A stretch of DNA of 63,989 nucleotides, counting the filler, from Ionaspis alba (taxonomy: Eukaryota), in NCBI GenBank assembly GCA_964255285.1. It is 7 parts of 7 records of this genome, joined end to end, with 100 filler letters (N's around TTAATTAATTAA, not from the genome) between each part and the next. Parts side by side here need not be neighbours in the genome. Positions count along the whole stretch, not along the records: positions 1 to 9,263 come from CAXUUL010000680.1; 6 more parts are not named here. The stretch is one strand, 5' to 3'. The notes beneath the pieces are model-generated. The model had not been told where the DNA came from. It saw only the letters and a program-made list of their open reading frames with translations, and made no database searches. Positions 1-9,363 of the stretch are shown here, piece by piece. Position numbers and translations under genes: made by a program. Within the stretch, counting starts at the first letter, position 1, and the number at the start of each line of letters is the position of its first letter.

Positions 1-7
1 GAGGATC

Positions 8-907
8 TCAGACTCCAAAATACCTACTGGTACTTTCCACAAGCCAGACACCAGGACCCCTCCTCTCCTCACCATCAGCCTTCTCTGGTTCCATCTCGAA
101 CATGCCGACCTCCGGCTCGTGGGTGATCATGCGCCATTGCGAATTGGTCTGTAAGTTGTCGAGAACTTTTTTGTAGGTCGTTTCCGTGGAGCCGCTAGAG
201 TCGACCTAAGTTAGAACTAAATTAGCTACCTCATCGCATAACCAACTTGACTTCCACACAGGAAGGGCGCAGTATGACAAACCTTGACGAGACCATCCGG
301 AAGCTCTTCATAAGCTTCCACAATAAGCGGGTTGAGGTCCTCGAACTGCTCATAACGCTTCTCGAAGGTGCCTTCATTCTGGCGAGGCCTGTCAGGTAGG
401 TCGCGAGCCAGGAAACGCTGTTTGGCTATCTCTTTCGGGCACTCGAGATATAGCATCAGCTCGCGAGCATCGCTGTACTGTTCGGCTTTCAGTAGGTGAG
501 ACAGCCTCGAAGAACTCTGCTACAAGGCACCTACCTGCTTCTCGAACTGCGAGCACTGGGCCAGATCACGCGGGAAGCCGTCAAGCAGGAAGCGCTGACA
601 TCCGGTCTCCTTGTACTCGTGCTCTATCTTCGAGAAGATGAGTTGCCCGAGCAGACTCCATGGCAAAAGTTCATTCATGTTCAGGGAGTTTTCGATGGCG
701 TCGTGGTTGGCGAGAGTTCTGGCACGGGTTCCAGCCCGTAGGAAGTCGCCGATGGAGAGATGGCAGAGGTTGAATTCTTCGGCGAGTTTCTTGCATATCG
801 TGCCTTTGCCAGAACCTGGAGCTCCTGTGTCTACGTTCAGCTCGTGTAAAGTAAGGATATCTTGAGATGGACTCACCAACGACGAAGACAAAGGAGTAGC
901 GAGCCAT
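8..907 (-). CDS. Nucleoside monophosphate kinase, UMP/CMP kinase (adenylate kinase family), divergent paralog; 4 exons
   Basis: Spliced by eye: exons 907-877 (MARYSFVFVVG), 824-535, 477-283, 205-8 (TGA), all introns GT..AG. P-loop GAPGSGKGT, HLSIGDFLR, FLLDGFPR..Q and a short LID (RFLARDLPDRPRQNEGTFEKR), typical of short-LID NMP kinases. Confidence 0.88.
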
Positions 908-1275
908 GTTGGGGGCGAGTCTCGTATGCGGGAGAGAGGAAGTGGTGTGTTGGCACTTGATGTGGTTTCAACACGTCGGAGAGTTGTGATTGTTCGTGTT
1001 TGTGTGGAATTAGCAAGGTCTTCTGTGGCTGCATTGACCGCGTCTTTCCGGAAACTTCTTCACGAGGTTAACACGTTCCGGAACCATTTAACTGATTCTT
1101 CATCCTCTGGAGCACTCTTACCGGACGATGCTGGATCGATAGACGACTTTCAAGGAGTATCCGTACCCTCTTCCTTCGCAGCAGACCAGTACTTATAAGA
1201 AGCGGGCCCTTTTGGCAAACATTGCCACCGCCTTCGTTCTAAAAGTCCTCATCATCAAACACAATACCGCCCATC
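908..1275. promoter_or_regulatory. Bidirectional promoter shared by the kinase and viperin, with twin TTCCGGAA palindromes
   Basis: 368 bp between divergent ATGs. Perfect palindromes TTTCCGGAAA (1045-1054) and GTTCCGGAAC (1075-1084). TATA-like TTATAAG near 1193. Confidence 0.55.
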
Positions 1276-2277
1276 ATGCTGAACCAGCTCTTCACCTACC
1301 CTGTATGGGCAGCCGCAGCCATCACACTGCTTGTTGTCCTGATCATTCCATCAATCTGCTACTGGGGCGGTCACCGAGCAAAGAGCAACTCACCTGTTTC
1401 GGTCAACTACCACTTCACGCGACAGTGCAACAAGAGCTGCGGGTTCTGCTTCCATACAGCCACGACGTCCTTCCGGCTACCAGAAGATCAAGCGAAACGC
1501 GGGCTAGCCCTCCTCAAGAGGGCAGGCATGAAGAAAATCAACTTTGCTGGAGGCGAACCTTTCATGTATCGACAATTCTTGGGTCATATGATAGCATACT
1601 GCAAGAATGAGCTACGTTTGGAGTCCGTTTCCATTGTCACAAACGGTAGCTTGGTGGAGGAAGCATTTCTCACAGAGTATGGCAAATACATCGACATCCT
1701 TGCAGTGTCTTGCGACTCATTCGACGAGGAAACAAACATCAAAATTGGAAGGGGAAGTGGAAAGAATGTTGAGAAGCTCTTTCAGATTTCTGAATGGTGT
1801 AGGAAATTTGGCATCAAATTCAAGCTCAACACTGTTGTTTGCCGACTGAACTACCAAGAAGACATGAACGAGATTGTCGCTAAACTCCAACCATTCCGCT
1901 GGAAGTGCTTCCAGGTCCTACTTGTTGCTGGCGAGAATGACTCCGACAAGACTCTCCGCGATGTACGTAAATTCCAGATCTCAGATGAGGAGTACGAGTT
2001 GTTCTGCCGCAAGCATCAGCATCAGGAATGTTTTGTGCCAGAGCCAAATAATCTCATGGCGAAATCGTACTTGATTCTGGATGAGTACATGCGATTCCTT
2101 GACAGGGATGGCCGCAAGCCTTCAGGATCGATTCTGGACGTTGGTGTCGACACAGCTCTGGGCCAGGTGTTCTGGGATAAGGATAGTTTCATGGAGAGGG
2201 GCGGTGTTTATGACTGGAGCCGTCTTGGGAGCGATCAAGGGTGCGGGACAGACGAGCACAGCGAGTTGAGCTGGTAG
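1276..2277 (+). CDS. RSAD2: Viperin / RSAD2 radical SAM enzyme (ddhNTP synthase), intronless
   Basis: SVNYHFTRQCNKSCGFCFH (viperin-type CxxxCxxC), KINFAGGEPF, SIVTNGS, DILAVSCDSF, KLNTVV, RWKCFQ, MAKSYLILDEYMRFL, RGGVYDW. N-terminal hydrophobic helix and terminal Trp (ELSW*). Confidence 0.96.
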   Translation: MLNQLFTYPVWAAAAITLLVVLIIPSICYWGGHRAKSNSPVSVNYHFTRQCNKSCGFCFHTATTSFRLPEDQAKRGLALLKRAGMKKINFAGGEPFMYRQFLGHMIAYCKNELRLESVSIVTNGSLVEEAFLTEYGKYIDILAVSCDSFDEETNIKIGRGSGKNVEKLFQISEWCRKFGIKFKLNTVVCRLNYQEDMNEIVAKLQPFRWKCFQVLLVAGENDSDKTLRDVRKFQISDEEYELFCRKHQHQECFVPEPNNLMAKSYLILDEYMRFLDRDGRKPSGSILDVGVDTALGQVFWDKDSFMERGGVYDWSRLGSDQGCGTDEHSELSW

Positions 2278-2451
2278 ATCTGCCCCTGCTCGAACTGCTT
2301 GGTGACTGCCTCAAATCAATGGCCAGTCAGTACCAACGAAGGCCGTTGGCAATTTTTCTGCCATGGGTTGATCTGCTTGGACAGTTTCCATAGGTAGCTT
2401 GAGCAGAATTGATGCGTAAGAGAACCTTGGTCCTTTAGGTAGTCAAAGTCG

Positions 2452-3431
2452 TCAATCAGTCCTCCTCCATTTTGTTTCCTCCGTGCCATTTCCTCTTTCA
2501 TACCCGTTTCCAACTTCCGCTCCGTCATCTACATCTTGATTCCCAGCTTCATCCCTTACTCTCACAATTCCAGCTCCAGGGCCAAGACCTCCCGCCCTCC
2601 AATTTCCCTCCTCATCATAGAAATCGTTGATATTATCTACTGTAATCCAGCCACTGCTTCCTGGCATAGGCGGCGGAAGACCGTCAGTACCTCCGTCGGA
2701 GTCCAAGGTCTCGTACTCAAAGGCAGGCTCGTCTTCCACGTCAATATCCGCAGAAGAGGAGGGAGATGCAGGATCAGGATGCAGATTTGCGCAAGCTGAA
2801 ACGGCTGAGAATAAGGCTTGAATGGGGCTTTCACTACTTGACGGCGGACTAGACTCCGTTGGAGGACTGCTGATGTGTTCAGCGGATAATGGAGAGGCGG
2901 AAGGGACTAATGTCAATGAGATCGTGTCGTCAGGGTTGTGGTCATCGAAGCCGTCCCCAATGGAGAGCTGCATAAATAGTCCTTGAACTTCGTTGCTTGA
3001 GGATGGTAGCTGGAGTCTTTGAACCGCATGCAGCGATATGCTAGGATATGGTATCGAAACTCCTATTGCAAGCGATTGACGGTAGAGAATGAATTTACTA
3101 TCCGTGTTAGCAAGGTCCCCCTTCTGGCCGTCAACAAATTGAGGACATACTCGGAGGTCACCCAGATATCGACACCAGGAACGACGATTTCCTCCCCCTG
3201 GTGTTCTCCTGCATCACCATTCGTGGCAGCTGCAGACGGGATCTTGTCATCCGCAAGCTTTGATAGTGCAGGAGAGGAGGCCAATTCTGAGTCCAGTATA
3301 ACGAGATCTGCCGATGAGGACTCGTGGTAGAGAACTACCGGACCAGAATAAAACGATGATGGTGTTTGAGATTGATGCTCGGATACCGGCACGTAGGAAG
3401 AGGCCCGTGGTTCCTCGTGTATGATCTCCAT
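2452..3431 (-). CDS. LOT5: Lot5/ICln (Voldacs domain) protein
   Basis: Two exons. After the intron near 3150-3100 the frame reads GVSIPYPSISLHA, then LFSAVSACANLHPDP and an acidic C-terminus. Confidence 0.8.
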
Positions 3432-3517
3432 GACTGGAAGAAACGGTCGAGTACTGTACGGTTGGGTGCCTGTTCCCGAAGTCTACAAAATGCTTGGCAA
3501 TATATATAGCACTTCCA

Positions 3518-3617
3518 NNNNNNNNNNNNNNNNNNNNNNNNNNNNNNNNNNNNNNNNNNNNNNNNNNNNNNNNNNNNNNNNNNNNNNNNNNNNNNNNNNN
3601 NNNNNNNNNNNNNNNNN
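3518..3617. other. Plain 100-N scaffold gap (also 38881-38980 and 59884-59983)
   Basis: Runs of N with no linker. Confidence 0.95.
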
Positions 3618-3660
3618 GTCTAAGAACTCTTTTCCTAGTGTCTAACTCCGCAATGACAGC

Positions 3661-4251
3661 TTATTGTCGAATGCTCATGCCGCCGAATGCTCGGTCGAGC
3701 TCTTCACCTTCAGCTGCTCGTTGGTCAATTAGACTCCTTCCGGTCGGTCCACCGTCTTGGCTATCCATGATACTATTTTCTACGATTCCTGTGTAACTCG
3801 TAGCTATCGTGCTCTCGCGCTTCCTCTCTGGTTCCAGGATCTTCTCTTCGCGATCAAGCCACCCAGGGGCGACACGTCTCTTCTCTGCGAGCTCCCGTTC
3901 TTTGATATCAGTCTGCCATTGCCTTAGAGTGTTCTCGGCATCTTCCTGCATTTTCTGCAGATGAGCCTGTAGTGCTTGGCAGGAAGCAATAATCTCGTCG
4001 GGATGAGCGGCATGACCCGACGCAGAAACCACATATTTTGGTTTTTCCATGCCGTTAGCTTCTCCGGTGGATGATGGAGGTAGAGTTGATGGTAAAGATT
4101 TATATGTATATGGAAGTGTAGTGGCAGTTGGTAAGGATATGAATGGAGAGACCGTCAACGGGATCTGAGCTAAAAGCGGATGTGGCCCTGTGGCTGTGTC
4201 AGTCGAAGTAGTTCCTGCAGCTGGTGATGGAAGCTCACTTTCTTCATGCAT
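3661..4251 (-). CDS. Conserved-looking fungal hypothetical protein
   Basis: 196-aa single ORF with a coiled-coil segment and EKRRVAPGWLD motif. Divergent from calcineurin A. Confidence 0.65.
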   Translation of the reverse strand: MHEESELPSPAAGTTSTDTATGPHPLLAQIPLTVSPFISLPTATTLPYTYKSLPSTLPPSSTGEANGMEKPKYVVSASGHAAHPDEIIASCQALQAHLQKMQEDAENTLRQWQTDIKERELAEKRRVAPGWLDREEKILEPERKRESTIATSYTGIVENSIMDSQDGGPTGRSLIDQRAAEGEELDRAFGGMSIRQ

Positions 4252-4955
4252 TGTCTGAGAGGCGAATTTTGAAAAGATATTTCTTTGAGCATATGAGCCT
4301 TTCTGTTAAGACACCGGGAGTCTTAAAGTGAACCTACCATGATTAGACGCAGGCAAGAAGTTAAAATATCGAAGCACGTGCCTGATGAAGCTATCAGCGC
4401 CTAGAACTGCCCCGCGATCTGGAACCGAAGTCAATCTCAGAGCCGCAACTTGGTTTCTGCATCTCGTACCATCAGGGGGACTGATAGCAACACCTAGATC
4501 TGAACCAAACGTCTACCATTTCTGTTGTATCTCGTCTGCCTCGGTTGACCGACCCTCCCAGTCACTGAATCTAGAAGCGCACATTCAAGGTGATTCCAGC
4601 CTCAGCCTTAGTGTGGCGCTAGGAATCCTCCAACTTCACCCCCGAGCCAGCTCTCTGCAGGCAGCCCCACGCAAACAAATCACACCACGTGAAGTCTGAA
4701 TTCCTCTCCATCGGTCAAAGCCAGAGCGTTGCCTGAATTCTCCAGCCAGCTCACTCAGATCAGAAGGATTGCTGGCGCAATTGAACCTGCCATATAACTG
4801 ATCGACGCGTTAACGGCTACTTTATCAACAATTCGCCACATGCACAGACACACGAGTCATTGATTGTTGTCCTCTCTGTACTGAAACTTGAATCTTAGCA
4901 AACGGCGAATTGGGAACGTCGGCGAACGTCAAGAGACCAAACCTACCTAGCAAAC

Positions 4956-6829
4956 ATGGGTGGAGGCACAGGCGCGGAGCCGCTCGAGGTAACGATGCGG
5001 GCAGTTCACGAGAAGAAGCCCATACCAGAAATCGATTTCACCTTGCATACCATGGAAGACGGAACGCAAGTCAGCACGCAGGAGCGTGTTTGCAAAGGTA
5101 CGCAGTCATGACAGCTCTCCGTACTGGTATCTGGTGCTAACAGTCAGTCCCTTCCTTCAGAGGTACAAGCACCCGCATTCAACCCTCCAACCGAAGACCA
5201 GTTCTTCTCTCCGCAAGACCGATCCAAGCCCAATTTGGCATACCTCAAGCAGCATTTCTATAGGGAAGGACGATTGACGGAAGAACAAGCACTCTGGATC
5301 ATTCAAACTGGTACAGAGGTTCTCAAAAGCGAACCGAATCTTCTCGAGATGGATGCGCCAATCACAGTCTGTGGTGATGTGCATGGACAATACTTTGATT
5401 TGATGAAACTCTTCGAGGTTGGAGGTGATCCTGCAGAGACTCGGTATCTGTTCCTCGGCGATTATGTTGACCGAGGATACTTCAGCATAGAGGTACATCT
5501 CGCACATTGAGGACTTGAAATGATACCACTAACGAGTGTTGCAGTGCGTATTGTATCTATGGTCGTTGAAAATATGGTATCCGAATTCCTTGTGGCTCCT
5601 ACGTGGCAATCACGAATGCAGGCATCTCACGGATTACTTCACATTCAAACTCGAATGTAAGCATAAGTATTCCGAGAAGATATACGAAGCATGTATGGAA
5701 TCGTTCTGCGCATTACCATTGGCTGCCATCATGAACAAACAATTCTTGTGTATACATGGTGGACTGAGTCCGGAGCTACATACCTTGGAAGACCTCAAAA
5801 CTGTACGTTATCGCCCCTATGAGTGCTTTGAGAACAATGCTGATGATCGTAGATTGACAGGTTCCGCGAACCTCCAACCCATGGTCTCATGTGCGACATC
5901 CTGTGGGCAGACCCTCTCGAAGAATTTGGCCAGGAGAAGACATCTGAATTTTTCGTTCATAATCATGTTCGGGGATGCTCTTACTTCTTCTCGTATCCCG
6001 CTGCCTGCGCCTTCCTAGAAAAGAACAATCTACTCTCCGTCATTCGAGCCCATGAAGCGCAAGACGCTGGTTATCGTATGTACCGGAAAACGAGAACGAC
6101 CGGATTCCCAAGTGTTATGACTATCTTCAGCGCACCCAATTACCTCGACGTTTACAACAACAAAGCTGCAGTCCTCAAGTACGAGAACAACGTGATGAAT
6201 ATCCGACAGTTCAATTGCACACCTCATCCCTATTGGCTTCCTAATTTCATGGATGTCTTTACCTGGTCGTTGCCATTTGTGGGGGAGAAGATTACAGACA
6301 TGTTGATTGCGATCCTCAACACTTGCTCGAAGGAAGAGCTGGAGGATGATACTCCAATGTCTTCGGGACCATCATCGCCTCCGATAGCCAACATGGATCC
6401 AGAATCCACTGAATTCAAGCGACGAGCGATCAAGAACAAGATTCTTGCAATCGGACGTCTGTCGCGAGTGTTCCAAGTACTGCGAGAAGAGTCCGAAAGG
6501 GTAACCGAGTTGAAGACAGCGTCTGGAGGGCGTCTCCCTGCTGGTACTCTCATGCTAGGTGCTGAAGGCATCAAACAAGCCATCCACAATTTCGAAGATG
6601 CTCGGAAGGTCGATTTACAGAACGAGAGACTACCGCCTACTCACGACGAGGTGACCAAGAAGAGCGAGGAAGACAGAAAGCAGGCGTTCGAACGAGCTAG
6701 CTTCGAGGCTGAAAATGACAAAGGCCTAGCGCAGGTCGCTAGGAGGATCAGCATGTAAGTCCACAACCTCGTCCTATTGGCTTTTGATAGGCTAAGCTAA
6801 TTCGTGTCTTCAGGAGCAGGAAGAAGTAG
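4956..6829 (+). CDS. cnaA: Calcineurin A (PP2B catalytic subunit)
   Basis: [14 protein letters not shown]-terminus; GDVHGQ, GDYVDRG and RGNHE PPP motifs; SAPNYLD; CnB-binding [15 protein letters not shown]; CaM-binding [15 protein letters not shown]. Multiple introns; last exon ends in TAG at 6829. Confidence 0.97.
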
Positions 6830-7237
6830 GCGAGGCTGCTCTCTGAAGGGGGACTGTTTTCTTTAGATCATTGTTCGGATGAAGAGCGTTTTCTTCGTGG
6901 TTGATAATCTCGTGGAGAAATTATCCCCAGCTCTTGGTCCTGATGGTCGATGTGTATGCGCAGAGATCCATCCTGAATTATTTATAAGGGAAGAGATTAA
7001 TGAGTGTGCATCAACGGACATAGGTAGACATGGGGATGGATGAATTGGTCGTAGATATCTGACAACTCATGTCTATTTCCATGCTCAATACAGTTATTAT
7101 TGTTGTCGTGCTCATTGCATAGCCGTAGTAATAATTCTTGTCACCTGTTGCTTTAGCGGCTGCTCTGGCAGATCTAGGCAGGTTTAACCGAACCCGATGC
7201 TCAAGGTCGAAGCTCCGCCAAACCTCTATATCGCCAG

Positions 7238-9252
7238 ATGCCTCCTCTTTCACCACCGTCGAGAAGACTGCTATTGTACTTACGCGAGCGTCTCATTTCA
7301 AAGCCTTCCGTCTGCCGATCATGTCAGCACCAGCGACACCTTACGTCCGCCCGTTCGCGGCCAGGACGAGAGATTCTCTATCGTTTTGATCTTCGTCAAA
7401 AGCCATTGAAACGGCATCTGTCCTCCATAACGCCAGTCACTACCGTCAATGCCACCAAGACTATCCCTGCTGTGTTCCGAGAGCTTTATGACGGGCTTGA
7501 GGGATTGGAGAAGAATGCGGCAGCATATATCAACCTTAGCCAACTACAGCTTGCTTTGCGGGGATTGGAGTCTACAGATGCTACAATACGCGTCGCTGGT
7601 GGGCAATGCCTAGGTCCGAACAATGCATGAGATGCAAGCTGACTATATGAGCAGTCTTGGGCGTCAACGGCCAGGAAGGTGTCGGCCGGCTCGTGAGAGC
7701 CCTCCTAGCAGATCCACTTGGGCAAGAGCAGGCATGGGAGCAAGATTTGACCGCTGCAGTGAAAGATCCAAGAGCTTTACTTATACGGTCAGACAACGCC
7801 CACATGTCTATGATCCACACCTAACGATGTCTCAGGTACAATGAAGACTACGACTATGACCAGCAGCATCCCTTGCTGAGGACCGTTTCAATCCCATCCA
7901 CGGTACTACAGAACCACAAAATAGAAATACTCGTCTACAAGGGATTACCTATTTCTGAGAACTATGCGAACAATGGAGAGACCGGAGCGCAGGACGTCCT
8001 TGTACTAGCATTGGAGACCCCTACCTCTGCATCGGGGAGGGTATCAATGGTCACGTATCCGGTACACAAAACCATCCTCTACGGAGAAGGACTGCAAGGC
8101 ATAATAGCAATGTCAGCCACAATACAAGAGAAAGATACAGGACAGAGAGCAAGCCTAATTCGAGGCGTGATCAATGCACAATGGGAAAGCTCAGTAACCG
8201 CCAATGATACAGATGCTGCGATCAGCCTCATCAACCTTTCACTGGGCGAAGAGGCCATCACCTCGTTCCGGGCATCCCTCGAAAACTCCCTCGACTACGA
8301 ACACAAATGGCTCTCTAGTAATCTGTCATCCGTCCTTCATTTCCTCCAAGCAGGCACCTCCCCAACACCCACCTCACCCCTCAAGCCAGGTCTCCAAAAT
8401 CTCATATCAGCCATCCTCTCCAACGCCGAGACCTCCATCTCCAACGCCGAAATCCAATCCCGCTCTCTCGCCTCCGCATCTACCATACCCCAGACCACCC
8501 GCGCCGACCTCACCAACGCCCTCAAGATCTGGGCCGAGTCCTCCCACAACTCCCTTCGCACCTTCCTCGCTCTCGCCGTCAGCTCCAAGAATTGGCGCAA
8601 ACTCGCCTGGTGGAAACTCCTCTGGCGCGTCGACGACGTGACAATGATAACCACCGACATCCTACAGCGCTCCTGGCTCGTCAATGCCGAGAAGCACATT
8701 CTCTGGATCGGTGGCCGGATAAGGCAGGCCGGTTTGCTCGATACCGCAACTTCTATGGACCATACCGCACCAGAGGCGAGACCTGTACACAAATTAGGTG
8801 ACCGACCACCACGGCTTCGAATCAGTGAAATGCTTCCAGCTCAGAACGGTGAAGCCGATATTGAGGGCTTTCAGAGCACTCTGGCAGCGGAACTCGACCT
8901 CTCAACCCCAGATCCAAGCCACATCGCACAGGCGCGCACATCCCTCCAGCAAAGCATTCCCCCCCTACAGGCGCGCGCCCAAACCCTCCTTCTACAATCC
9001 GTCTCCACCACCGTCCTAACCTCGTCGCTCTCAGCGCTACTTTACGTCTCGGTCTCTACAACTTCTGTCTATGAAGCCGGTGCCATAGCTGCCGTGGGTT
9101 TTGTCTGGAGCTTGAGGCGGCTGCAGCGCGAGTGGGAGCGGATGAGGAAGGGGTGGATGGAGATGGTGGCGGAGGAAGGTGCGAGGGTTTTGAGGGGTGT
9201 GGAGTGGGGATGGAGGCGTTCGCCGTACTCAGCTTTCCCAAGAACGATATAG
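7238..9252 (+). CDS. MMC1-like mitochondrial protein
   Basis: Arg/Ser-rich presequence-like N-terminus, LSQLQLALRGLE, LAWWKLLWRVDDV and a C-terminal hydrophobic segment. The extreme 3' end abuts a gap and is uncertain. Confidence 0.65.
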
Positions 9253-9263
9253 CTGTTTTACAC

Positions 9264-9363
9264 NNNNNNNNNNNNNNNNNNNNNNNNNNNNNNNNNNNNN
9301 NNNNNNNTTAATTAATTAANNNNNNNNNNNNNNNNNNNNNNNNNNNNNNNNNNNNNNNNNNNN
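9264..9363. other. Assembly gap with artificial TTAATTAATTAA linker (also at about 18617-18716, 27934-28033, 37249-37348, 46550-46649, 55851-55950)
   Basis: Identical 12-mer, giving stops in all six frames, centred in 100-nt N runs. Confidence 0.95.

Noticed and set aside
226..891. Kinase fragments interpreted as a frameshifted pseudogene
   Set aside because: The frame breaks coincide with canonical GT..AG introns, and the spliced product is an uninterrupted ORF ending at TGA 10-8.
2452..3431. Lot5/ICln as a third member of the viperin module
   Set aside because: It is a housekeeping snRNP-assembly-type gene, convergent with viperin, with no evidence of functional linkage.
9308..9319. Repeated TTAATTAATTAA palindrome as a biological repeat or CRISPR-like element
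   Set aside because: Always embedded in N runs; it is a six-frame-stop scaffolding linker.
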